DNA of 64,000 bases from Alphaproteobacteria bacterium (lineage in GTDB: Bacteria; Pseudomonadota; Alphaproteobacteria; JAAXGF01). The stretch is taken from positions 2,336,001-2,400,000 of the forward strand of contig CAUVXB020000001.1 of NCBI GenBank assembly GCA_963555825.3, written 5' to 3'. Below, piece after piece: positions 49,185-58,893 of the stretch (the first letter of the stretch is position 1; every line of letters begins with the position of its first letter). The notes beneath the pieces were generated by a model that saw only the letters and a list, made by a program, of their open reading frames with translations, did not search any database and was not told the origin of the DNA. The position numbers were made by a program, and so were the translations under genes.

Positions 49185-50744
49185 ATGGCGCGACCACAAA
49201 GACGCGGGCGCGAGGCCCGCATGGCCGAACGGCAAGCCCCATCTCCGGTCGAAGAGCGTCCGGTCTGGCCCGGCCTCGAGGGCGGCAAGTTCAAGGCCCT
49301 CAGTCAGCGCGAGATGGAGCGCGTCCACGAGACCGCGCTCGACCTCCTGGAGAAGGTCGGCCTCGCCGACTCGACGCCCGAGATGGTCGAGCTGGTGACC
49401 GCCGCCGGCGGCACGATGTCGGACACAGGCCGGCTTCACTTCCCGCGCGCGCTGGTCGAGGACATCATCGCCAGCACGCGGCGCGGCATCGTCATGCCGG
49501 GTTTCGCGTCCGAGCACGACATGGACGTCAGCGGGACCAAGCTCTATTGCGGCACCGGCGGCGCCGCGCCCTACATCGTCGACTTCGAGACCGGCGATTA
49601 CCGCGAGACGGTGCTCGCCGACCTCTACGACATCGCACGCCTGGTCGACTCGCTCGACAACATCCATTTCTTCTGGCGCACCATCGTCACGCGCGACATG
49701 CCGACCAACCGCGACCTCGACATCAATACCGTCTACGCCTGCATGAGCGGCACCGCGAAGCATATCGGCGCCAGCTTCGTTAACGCCGACAACGTCGCCG
49801 AGGCGGTCGACATGTTCGACGTCGCGCTGGGCGGCGAGGGCCGCTTCCGCGAGCGGCCGTTCTGCACGATCTCGTGCTGCCACGTCGTGCCGCCGCTGCG
49901 CTTCGCCGTCGATTCCTGCGACGCGCTCGCCATGGCGGTGCGCCGCGGCATGCCGGTGCTGCTGCTGTCGGCCGGCCAGGCCGGCGCGACCAGCCCGTCG
50001 GCGCTCGCCGGCTCGGTCGTCCAGGCGGTCGCCGAGGTGCTCGCCGGCCTGGTGTTCGCCAACCTGATCAGCCCCGAGTGCAAGACGCTGTTCGGCACCT
50101 GGCCCTTCGTCTCGGACCTGCGCACCGGGGCGATGAGCGGCGGCAGCGGCGAACAAGCAACGCTGATGGCCGCCTGCGGCCAGATGGCGACCTTCTACGA
50201 CCTGCCGAGCAGCATCGCCGCCGGCATGGCGGACTCGAAGATCCCCGACGCCCAGTCGGGCGCCGAGAAGGGCTACACCACCGTGCTGGCGGCCAATTCG
50301 GGCGTCAACCTGGTGCAAGAGAGCGCCGGCATGCAGGCCAGCCTGCTGGGCACCTCGTTCGAGGGCTATGTCATCGACAACGACGTCTTGGGCGCCGTGC
50401 AGCGCACCGTACGCGGCATCGAGGTGACCGACGAGACGCTGTCCTTCGAGGTCATCAAGGAAGTCGTCACCGAAGGGCCCGGCCACTACCTGGGCACCGA
50501 CCAGACGCTGAGCGGCATGGAGAAGGACTACTTCTACCCGGCGGTCGGCGACCGCAACACGCCGGCCGACTGGGAGGAGCTGGGCGCCACCGACGTGCGC
50601 GACCGCGCCAAGGACAAGGTGCGCGAAACGCTCGCCGCCCACTTCCCGAGCCACATCGACGAGGCGATCGACCAGCGCGTCCGCGAGCGGTTCAACATCC
50701 TGCTGCCGCGCGAGAACATGCTTCCCGGCAACACGCGCTGGTGA
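49185..50744 (+). CDS. MttB-family (non-pyrrolysine) methylamine/quaternary amine methyltransferase
   Basis: VVPPLRF, AGATSP..LAG, DLRTGAMSGG, DSKIPDAQSG.EK, GPGHYLG. Confidence 0.9.
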   Translation: MARPQRRGREARMAERQAPSPVEERPVWPGLEGGKFKALSQREMERVHETALDLLEKVGLADSTPEMVELVTAAGGTMSDTGRLHFPRALVEDIIASTRRGIVMPGFASEHDMDVSGTKLYCGTGGAAPYIVDFETGDYRETVLADLYDIARLVDSLDNIHFFWRTIVTRDMPTNRDLDINTVYACMSGTAKHIGASFVNADNVAEAVDMFDVALGGEGRFRERPFCTISCCHVVPPLRFAVDSCDALAMAVRRGMPVLLLSAGQAGATSPSALAGSVVQAVAEVLAGLVFANLISPECKTLFGTWPFVSDLRTGAMSGGSGEQATLMAACGQMATFYDLPSSIAAGMADSKIPDAQSGAEKGYTTVLAANSGVNLVQESAGMQASLLGTSFEGYVIDNDVLGAVQRTVRGIEVTDETLSFEVIKEVVTEGPGHYLGTDQTLSGMEKDYFYPAVGDRNTPADWEELGATDVRDRAKDKVRETLAAHFPSHIDEAIDQRVRERFNILLPRENMLPGNTRW

Positions 50745-50837
50745 GCCGGCCGCACGAGACCATGCCGGCAGGGTGGCCGCGCCCGGTCCGGCCCGCTCAC
50801 GGCACCGAGCCTTCAGCGTAGGCGGAGCGATCGAGCG

Positions 50838-51815
50838 ATGACGGAAGACCAGGAATGGGAATTCCCCGCGGCGGCGCAGCCGAACGCCGAGGACGTCGGC
50901 TTCGCGCTCGACGAGGTGCTGTCGTCCGTCCTGTCGCTTCGGTCCGAGATTCCCGACGACGCATTCACCGCGTCGATCCTGGGCACCCAGCGCGGTGGCA
51001 ACGGCGTGGTCATCGGCGACGACGGCCTGGTCCTGACGATCGGCTATCTGATCGCCGAGGCAGAAACGGTCTGGCTGGTCTCGGGTGACGGCAAGGCGAC
51101 GCCGGCGCATGTCGTCGGCTACGATCAGACGACGGGCTTCGGCCTGGTCCAGGCGTTGGGGCGGCTCGACGCGCTGGCGATCACGCTCGGCACGTCGCGA
51201 ACGACGCGCGTCGGCGACCCGGTCATCGTCGCCGGCAGCGGCGGCCGTCGGCACGCGTTGAACGCCCGGATCATGGCCAAACGCGAATTCGCCGGCTATT
51301 GGGAATACCTCCTCGACGAGGCGATATTCACCGAGCCGGCGCACCCACTGTGGGGCGGCGCGGCGCTCATCGGCGCGGACGGCAAGCTGCAGGGCATCGG
51401 TTCGCTGCTCGTTCAAGCGGCGCGCGACGACGACGCGTCGGACGAGATCAACATGTTCGTTCCGATCGACCTCTTGGCGCCGATACTCGACGACATGCTC
51501 AAGTACGGCAAGGTCGACCAGCCGCCGCGCCCGTGGCTCGGCATGCTCACGATGGAAGCCGACAACAGCCTCGTCGTCGCGGGGCTGACCGAAGGAGCGC
51601 CGGCGAACCAGGCGGGCCTACGGCTCGGCGACGCCGTCGTGAAGGTCGCCGAGGCGCCGGTCGTCGATCTGGTCGACATGTATCGCCGGATCTGGGCGCT
51701 CGGCCCGGCCGGAACGGTCATTCCCTTGACGATTAACCGAAGCGGCGCCGAGCGCGCCGTCGATGTGCATTCGGCCGATCGCAACGCGTTCCTCAAACCG
51801 CCCGACCTGCACTAA
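50838..51815 (+). CDS. S1C/HtrA-like trypsin-fold protein with PDZ domain
   Basis: GNGVVI, LTIGYLI, FAGYWEYLL, RPWLG. Confidence 0.85.
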   Translation: MTEDQEWEFPAAAQPNAEDVGFALDEVLSSVLSLRSEIPDDAFTASILGTQRGGNGVVIGDDGLVLTIGYLIAEAETVWLVSGDGKATPAHVVGYDQTTGFGLVQALGRLDALAITLGTSRTTRVGDPVIVAGSGGRRHALNARIMAKREFAGYWEYLLDEAIFTEPAHPLWGGAALIGADGKLQGIGSLLVQAARDDDASDEINMFVPIDLLAPILDDMLKYGKVDQPPRPWLGMLTMEADNSLVVAGLTEGAPANQAGLRLGDAVVKVAEAPVVDLVDMYRRIWALGPAGTVIPLTINRSGAERAVDVHSADRNAFLKPPDLH

Positions 51816-51953
51816 CGCGCAATTTGACCGATTGGGATCGGCCAAAACACCCCAGCCCGCGCCAATATTTTTGGGACAAGAGGGGGGCCATTTTGGAACA
51901 AGAGGAGGCCGCCAATTGCCAAGTGCATGGGCCGCATATAAGGTTTGCGCGGC
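51813..51953 (+). repeat. Structured intergenic repeat family A, degenerate copy 6
   Basis: TAACGC start, CAGCCCGCGCCAAT..TTGGGACAAGAGGGGGGCC, internal tandem duplication. Confidence 0.7.
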
Positions 51954-51986
51954 CCGTGCCTGGCGGGCTCGAAAATGGTGGTGGCG

Positions 51987-52525
51987 ATGACGGTGACCCA
52001 GTTTCCTCCCGACTTTTCACTGCGCGCGCATACCGTGCTCGCGTTCCCGACACCGATCGTCGCGTTTCAATGGCCCGACAGCGACGCGCTCAACGCCGAT
52101 CTGCGCGACACGATCCTCGCCGCCGAGAAGGATCGCACCGGAATCGTCGCGAGGACGCTGTGCAGAGCGCGCAGTTCGGCTTCGAGGCATGGGCCAACGT
52201 CGTGCGCTCGGGCGATTTTCACTCGGTCCACAAGCACCCCAATAACATGTGGTCCGGCGTCTATTACGTGGCCGTCGGCAATCCTGATCCCGACAGGGTC
52301 GCGAGCGGGCACATCGAGTTCATCGATCCGCGCGACGCCGCCGGCATGGTAAGCCTTCCCGGGATGCACTTCTCTCAGCGGCAGGTGATCCCACCTCAAG
52401 CGGGGCTCATGCTCATCTTTCCCGCGTGGCTCAAGCACTACGTTCATCCGTATTACGGCCACGGCGAACGCATTTCGATCTCGTTCAACATCATCGTGCT
52501 CGACCTGCAGGTTGCCAGCACCTGA
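51987..52525 (+). pseudogene. Putative 2OG-Fe(II) oxygenase (TIGR02466-like) with frameshift near 52150
   Basis: FPTPI N-part in one frame; WANV..HKH..WSGVYYV..DPR..FPAWLKH..RISISFN in another. Confidence 0.75.
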
Positions 52526-53505
52526 CCGGCGTGATCGGCGCCGACACCGCGCTTACCCTTGTTCAATGCCCCAATCCCAACCGTGGTCCTCGCCTGGCGC
52601 CTGATGGTACGGGCGTTTTCGGCCACCTCACGGAAGAAGCGGGACACCTCGGCCGCCGCACGGAGCCAGCTCGTCTCCCGGTACGCGATGCCGTGGCGTT
52701 GGCAGAAATCGCGGGTGATCGTCCGCGCCCGGCGCAGCCCCTTTCTCGGCAGCGTCGGAAACAGGTGGTGCTCGATGTGGTTGCTGAGCCCGCCGGTCAG
52801 GAAATCGGCGATCCTGGACGTGCCCAAGTTCCGCGTCGTGCTAATCTGCTGCGCGAAGAACGAGATGTCGTCGTCGGGTTCGATGACCTCGGTGCCGATG
52901 TGGCTGACGAGAAAGATGGCCCCCAAGTAGGGCCCCAGGAACAACGTCATCAACGCGTAGTTCATCGCTGCGTCCGGGAACCCGAGTACGTAGACGGGCG
53001 GCCCGAACCAGAGCGCCAAGTGCAATGGCAAAACCAGCCAATCGACCCGGGCGCGGCGCGGCTCGCAGCACATGAAGCGGACGCTGTCGAGCTTCAGGGT
53101 GAAGCCCTGTAGCGACACCAGGATCCAGATCAGGACCGATTGGTAGCGGGTGACCAGCCAGCCTAAACCGCGCTTTTCGAGCGCCGATTCCAGGTACATG
53201 CTGAAGGCGCCTGACTGCATGTCCGGGTCATCGCTGCGGCGGTTGCAGTGTGCGTGGTGGCGGGTATGGATGTCCTGGAAATGCCCATCGGTGAGAACGG
53301 TCAGGAATGTCATGAAGAATTGACCGATGACGACCGCGGCCCAGCGGTTTCGCGTTACCGTGCCGTGCCCGGTCCCATGGGCGATGAAGCCCGCTTGCAC
53401 GCTGGCGAATGCGATCAGTGCGAGCGCCGCCAAGCGTGGCACCGTGGCGGGATCGCCGAGCAGGGCCAGATAGCCCAAACCGAACGCCGAAACCAGGAAT
53501 ATCAT
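52453..53505 (-). CDS. Membrane fatty acid desaturase family protein
   Basis: Three His boxes HGTGH, HTRHH, HIEHH; the N-terminus looks short and the C-terminus overlaps the convergent gene. Confidence 0.8.
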   Translation of the reverse strand: MIFLVSAFGLGYLALLGDPATVPRLAALALIAFASVQAGFIAHGTGHGTVTRNRWAAVVIGQFFMTFLTVLTDGHFQDIHTRHHAHCNRRSDDPDMQSGAFSMYLESALEKRGLGWLVTRYQSVLIWILVSLQGFTLKLDSVRFMCCEPRRARVDWLVLPLHLALWFGPPVYVLGFPDAAMNYALMTLFLGPYLGAIFLVSHIGTEVIEPDDDISFFAQQISTTRNLGTSRIADFLTGGLSNHIEHHLFPTLPRKGLRRARTITRDFCQRHGIAYRETSWLRAAAEVSRFFREVAENARTIRRQARTTVGIGALNKGKRGVGADHAGQVLATCRSSTMMLNEIEMRSPWP

Positions 53506-53720
53506 GATGCATTAATTCTCCCGCATCGCCACGGCTGCGCAGAGATGCGCAGGAGTGCGATAAAGTAGCGGTTCTCCTATGTTTCTAGAAGATTTTCGCT
53601 GCCATTTCCCGCTTGCGTCCCTGTCAGGGACGCGCCATGATGCGCCCCGGTTTGAGGGCGGTCGCTTGCATGGTGCTTACGGATCGTCCGGGCGGCAGAA
53701 CGAGGATACGCGGGAACGCC

Positions 53721-54908
53721 ATGCCGAGACGCCAGGAACGGGTTATCACCAAACGCACCGTCGACGCGTTGTCGGTCGAGCATCGCGACGCCGTGTTCTG
53801 GGACCGGGACCTCCCCGGCTTCGGCATCAGGGTCTATCCCTCGGGCCTGAAGAAATACGTCGTCCAGTCGCGCGGCCCCGGCGGGTCGAAGAGGGCGACG
53901 CTTGGACGGCACGGGAAACTCACCGCCGACGAGGCGCGGCGCCGGGCGGCGGAGGCCATCGACCGCATCAAGCGGGGCGAGGATCCGATTCCCCCTCCGC
54001 CGGAGCCCGAGCCGACGATGGCCGTTCTCGCCGAGCGCTACATGCGCGACTACGTGCCCTCGCACTGCAGGGCGTCGAGCGCGGAGGTCTACCGGCGGGC
54101 GCTCGACAACCACATCCTGCCGGCGTTGGGTGAGATGCGTGTTGGCGCGGTCGGGCGCGAGCAGGTGGCGGAACTGCATTACGCGATGCGCGGCGCGCCC
54201 CATGCGGCGAACGGGGTGCTGAAGATCGTGGCCAAGATGCTGTCGCTGGCCGTCGAATGGGGCCTGCGGGAGCACGGGCCGAACCCGTGCCGGGCAGTGC
54301 ACAAGTACCGGACGCACCCGCGCGAGCGTTTCCTGACCGGCGAGGAGTACCGCCGGCTCGGCCGGGCGATCGACGAGCTGGAGGCGAAGGGGAAGGTGTC
54401 GCTCCATGCGGCGGCGGCGATCCGGCTGCTGGTGCTGACCGGGTGCCGGCGCAACGAGGTGCTGGAGCTCAGGTGGGACGACATCGACCGGACGGCGGGG
54501 GAGCTGCGGCTGCGCGACGGCAAGACCGGCGCGCGCATGGTGCCGCTGACACCCGCCGTGGCCGGTGTGCTGGCGGAAATTCCCCGGGTTCCGGACAACC
54601 CGTGGGTGATCGCCGGGCAGAAGCCGGGCGCGCGCATGACCAACGTCAACGATCCGTGGCTGGTCGTGCGTGCCCGGGCCGGGCTCGAAGATGTACGTAT
54701 CCATGACCTGCGGCATTCCTGGGCGAGCCGTGCGCTGGCGCTCGGCGAGAGCCTGAGCATGATCGGGAAGCTGCTGGGCCACAACAGGATCGAGACCACC
54801 GCGCGCTACGCGCATCTCGCGCGCGACACCGAGAAGGCCTCGGCGGCCAAGATCGGCGGCAGCATCGGCGCCGACATCCTGCCGGCGGACGGCGCGGAGG
54901 CGGCGTAA
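53721..54908 (+). CDS. Tyrosine integrase 1 with N-terminal arm-binding domain
   Basis: WDRDLPGFGIRV; TGCRRNE, KTG, HDLRH, LGH, RY. Confidence 0.93.
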   Translation: MPRRQERVITKRTVDALSVEHRDAVFWDRDLPGFGIRVYPSGLKKYVVQSRGPGGSKRATLGRHGKLTADEARRRAAEAIDRIKRGEDPIPPPPEPEPTMAVLAERYMRDYVPSHCRASSAEVYRRALDNHILPALGEMRVGAVGREQVAELHYAMRGAPHAANGVLKIVAKMLSLAVEWGLREHGPNPCRAVHKYRTHPRERFLTGEEYRRLGRAIDELEAKGKVSLHAAAAIRLLVLTGCRRNEVLELRWDDIDRTAGELRLRDGKTGARMVPLTPAVAGVLAEIPRVPDNPWVIAGQKPGARMTNVNDPWLVVRARAGLEDVRIHDLRHSWASRALALGESLSMIGKLLGHNRIETTARYAHLARDTEKASAAKIGGSIGADILPADGAEAA

Positions 54909-56137
54909 TGGCCAAGCTGAACCGGCGTTCGATCTCCCGGCGCACCGTCGAGGCGCTCAAGGTCGAGAAGGACACGGTGTTCTGGGATCGGGACTTGCCG
55001 GGGTTCGGCATCAGGGTCTACGCCTCGGGCACGAAGATGTACGTGGTGCAAAGCAGGACGAAAGGAAAGTCGGTGCGGGTGACGGTGGGCCGGCACGGGG
55101 TGATCTCCGCCGACGAGGCGCGGCGCCGGGCGGCGCGGATCGTCAACCGGATCAAGGCGGGCGAGGACCCGATACCGGAACCGCTGCCGGCCCGGCTCGC
55201 GGGCGGGCCGACGGTGGCCGGCTTGGCGGCGCGCTACATGGAGAAGCATGTCGCGGTGCGCTGCAAGCAGTCCACGGCGGAAGGCATCCGGGGGCTGCTC
55301 GGCAAGTACATCTTGCCGGAGTTCGGCAAACTCCCGCTGCTCGCGGTGGAGCGCGAGCGGGTGGCGGCGTTCCACGTCCGGTTGAACGGGGTTCCCTACG
55401 CGGCGAACCGGGCGGTGGCGCTGATGTCGCGCATGTATGCGATGGCCGCGGACTGGGAGATGGTCCCCGACGGCACCAACCCTTGCCGGTCGGTGCGCAA
55501 GTACCCGGCGCGCGGGCGCGAGCGGTTCCTGACCGACACCGAGTTCCGCCGCCTCGGCGAGGTTCTCGGCGAGGCCCCCACCGAGGGCGGGGTGTCGGTC
55601 CATGCCGTGGCGGCGATCCGGCTGCTGATGCTGACCGGCTGCCGCAAGAGCGAGATCCTGTCCCTGCAATGGACTGACATCGACCTCGAGGCCGGCGAAT
55701 TGAGGCTCCGCGAAAGCAAGACGGGCCCGCGCGCGGTGCCGCTGTCGCCGCCGGCGGCGAAGGTGCTGGCGGAACTGCCCCGGGTTCCGGGCAACCCCTG
55801 GGTAATCCCCGGCCAGAAGCCGGACACGCACATGACCAACCTGGACGACCCGTGGCGGATCGTGCGGGAGCGCGCGGGGGTCGAGAACGTCAGGATTCAC
55901 GACTGCCGGCATTCCTTCGCGTCGAGGGCGCTGGCGCTGGGCGAGAGCCTGCCCGTGATCGCCAAGCTGCTCGGGCACAGCCAGATCCGGACCACCGCCC
56001 GGTATGCGCATCTGGCGCGGGATTCGGTCAGGGCCGCGGCGGCGCGGGTCGCCGCCAGCATCTCGGAGGATTTCCTGAAGGTCGGTTCGGCAACGGCGAA
56101 GCTGCCAGGGCGACAGGGTACGGACAGTCCAGGGTGA
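54908..56137 (+). CDS. Tyrosine integrase 2, paralog of integrase 1
   Basis: Same architecture; TGCRKSE, KTG, HDCRH, LGH, RY; TAATG overlap. Confidence 0.93.
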   Translation: MAKLNRRSISRRTVEALKVEKDTVFWDRDLPGFGIRVYASGTKMYVVQSRTKGKSVRVTVGRHGVISADEARRRAARIVNRIKAGEDPIPEPLPARLAGGPTVAGLAARYMEKHVAVRCKQSTAEGIRGLLGKYILPEFGKLPLLAVERERVAAFHVRLNGVPYAANRAVALMSRMYAMAADWEMVPDGTNPCRSVRKYPARGRERFLTDTEFRRLGEVLGEAPTEGGVSVHAVAAIRLLMLTGCRKSEILSLQWTDIDLEAGELRLRESKTGPRAVPLSPPAAKVLAELPRVPGNPWVIPGQKPDTHMTNLDDPWRIVRERAGVENVRIHDCRHSFASRALALGESLPVIAKLLGHSQIRTTARYAHLARDSVRAAAARVAASISEDFLKVGSATAKLPGRQGTDSPG

Positions 56138-56305
56138 CGAGCTATCGCGGAACTGCCGGAACGGCAAAGCGACGGCAAGCCAGTTCATTGTCGCCGAGAG
56201 CACGCCGGGTGACATTGTCAGACGCCGGAATGCCGGGAAACATCGACTTTAGCGAATTTGTCCGATGGCCGGTGGCCGAATGGCCGGTTACCGGGAAAGC
56301 AAGTC

Positions 56306-56470
56306 GTGAGCGAATACCGGTACTATGAGGTCCAGGCGATAGACCGCCCGCTTGGCGAGGCGGACATGGAGGCGCTGCGGATATTGTCGACGCGGGCGCG
56401 AATCACGGCCACGAGCTTCACCAATCACTACAAATGGGGCGACTTCCAGGGCGCCCCGAATCGGCTCATC
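56306..56470 (+). pseudogene. N-terminal fragment of a conserved hypothetical mobile-region protein
   Basis: VSEYRYYEVQAIDRPL...RARITATSF.NHY.WGDF resembles a family recalled from islands; the sequence degenerates afterwards. Confidence 0.5.
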
Positions 56471-56629
56471 GGCCGCTCCCGGCTCGACCCCTTCCGGCGC
56501 GGCTGCGACCTCGCGGAAGTCGTCGAATTGGGCGAGTCCCTGGTCCTCGACTGTTATTCGGCGCGGAAATTTGGGTCTGTCGCGATCTCGATGCTGTTAG
56601 TGGCCTATGCACGCCAGATGCCGGCGAAC

Positions 56630-57447
56630 GGAGGCTCGTGCGGTGATCGGGGGTGTGGCGCGCAAGGCGCACTTCTTCGTCTTCGATCTGCCGCACAGCG
56701 ACGCCTGCTATGTGCGGGCCTACCCTGCGGCGACGGCCGAGGCGTGGATCGACGGGCATGTGCATGCCTTCGCCTTCTTCGGCGGGGTTCCGCAATCGGT
56801 GCTCTACGACAACGACCGCTGCCTGGTGTCGCGCATTCTGGCGGACGGGACGCGCAGGCGGGCGCGGCTCTTCGGCGGGTTCCTGTCGCATTACCTCGTG
56901 CGCGATCGTTACGGGCGCCCAGGCAAGGGGAACGACAAGGGCGCGGTGGAGGGTCTGGTGGGCTTTGCCCGGCGCAACTTCATGGTGCCGCTGCCGCGCT
57001 TTGCCAGCTGGGAAGCGTTCAATCTGCGGCTCGAGGAGCAGTGCCGCCGCCGCCAGGGCGATATCCTGCGCGGGCACCGAGAGACCATCGGAGAGCGCCT
57101 GGTGCGGGATCTGGCGGCCATGGCCGCGGCGGCGGCGGCGCCCTTTGAGGCCTGCGCCCAGGCTCCCGGGCAGGTCAGCTCGCAGTCTCTGGTCCGTTAC
57201 GAGACCAACGACTACTCGGTGGCGGTGGGCTATGGCCATCGCGACGTCTGGGTGCGCGGTTACGTCGACCGGGTGGTGATCGGCTGCGGCGGAGAGGTCA
57301 ATCGCCCGCCATCCCCGGTCCTATGAGCGTGAGGACACGATCTTCGAGCCGATCCACTATCTGCCCCTGATCGAGCAGAAGATGGGCGCGCTGGATCAGG
57401 CGGCGCCGCTTGCCGGACCTGTCGCCCGCGTTCCAGACCCTGCAGGC
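56630..57447 (+). pseudogene. istA: IS21-family transposase internal fragment
   Basis: HAFAFFGGVP..VLYDN, KG.VE..VG..RRNF, NDYSV; +1 frameshift near 57300 then HYLPLIEQK.GALDQAAPL. Confidence 0.85.
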
Positions 57448-57544
57448 GTCCAGGCCAGATCACCTCACAGCCACTAGGCTTATCAATCAGCATTCCGAAG
57501 CTCGCGATGAATGATCCGGTGACAAATTACGCACAGGCGCATTA

Positions 57545-58719
57545 TACCAGTGAGCGCCTGAATTGACTCTCGGGATATTCATTGATGGCGGATGATGGCG
57601 GATTGTGATTCTATGGTCTCCCACCAGATGTGGGGGATGTCATGGGATCAGCACTCAAGATACGGGATGATTTGACGCCTTTGGAGCTTCGGCGCTGGGC
57701 TCGCGTGGAATCGTACGGTCGAGCGGCGGCGCGGGCCTATGGGATCGCGAATGCTTTGGAGGAGATGCCCCGGGCTGATGCCGCGCGGCTTGCGGGGATG
57801 GATCGCCAAACGCTTCGCGACGCGGTTGTTCGTTACAATGCAAAGGGATTGGAGGGGCTTCACGACCGTCCAAAGGGCTACTCGCCGCGGCGGCTGACGG
57901 CAGACGAGGAAGCGGCGCTGGCGGCGGTCATCATCGCCGGGCCGGAGCCTGAGCGCGACGGGGTTTGCGCCTGGACCCGGGCCGATCTGTGCCGCTGGCT
58001 GGAGGAGCGCTTCGCCAAGACCTACCACCCCTCGAGCATGACCCGGGTTCTACGGCGGATGGGATTTTCCCGCCAGAAGGCGCGCCCGAGCCACCCGCGA
58101 AGGGACGCCGAAGCGCAGGAGCGCTTCAAAAAAGGGGGCTTCGCGACATCCTGAAGGCGACCGCCGCGGCGCATCCCGACAAGCGCCTACAGCTGTGGTT
58201 TCAGGATGAAGCGCGCGTCGGCAACAAGGGCCGGGTGTGTCACCGGTGGTGGCGCAGGGGCGAGCGTGCCCCCGGGACGCGTCAAATCGGCTACCAGTGG
58301 GCCTACATCTTCTCCGCCGTGCGCCCGGACACCGGCGACGACGTCACCCTGGTGATGCCGAGCGTCAACGCCAAGGTCATGGACCTGTTTCTCGCACACT
58401 TCGCCGATACCCTGGACCAGGATGCGCACGCCGTCATGATGTGCGACGGCGCCGGTTGGCACGACGAGCGCGCCCTCACCGTCCCCGACAACGTCACCTT
58501 GGCGCTGTTGCCGCCTTACAGTCCCGAACTCAACCCCGTCGAGCGGGTTTGGCTCTACCTACGCGAACGCTTCCTATCGCTCCGCGTCCTCGACGACACC
58601 GAGGCCATCATCGACGCCTGTTGCCAAGCATGGATCGACCTCATCGCAGAACCGGATCGTATGCGAACCCTCTGCGCCTATCCATGGATCATGAAGGTGA
58701 TTTCATAGGCTCACTGGTA
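57545..58719 (+). mobile_element. Complete IS630-family element, transposase split by a -1 frameshift
   Basis: TA-CCAGTGAGC / GCTCACTGG-TA ends; AAAAAAGGGGG slip site near 58128; QDEAR, DGAGWH, LPPYSPELNPVE. Confidence 0.93.
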
Positions 58720-58893
58720 TTAGGCCCTCTAGTTGCGTATTTGTGTCCGGGCTGCATGTCAGCTAACGGAAGTTTGTGATGCACCTCAATGCACGCGTCA
58801 CCAATATAGAATAATGTTGTGATTGGCCGGTGTGGGCGATCGCCCGGGCCCCGAGGAGGAATCTGAGGCGGAGGAAATCAGTAAGAGGACCGC

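Noticed and set aside
49185-50744. Pyrrolysine recoding in the MttB homolog
   Set aside because: No in-frame TAG; the ORF is continuous
871-51953. Family A repeats as a CRISPR array or integron attC cassettes
   Set aside because: Dispersed kilobases apart next to housekeeping genes (fdx, prfB, amtB); no spacers, cas genes or IntI seen
58128-58138. IS630 split ORF as inactivation
   Set aside because: The A6G slippery site is a normal IS630 expression mechanism
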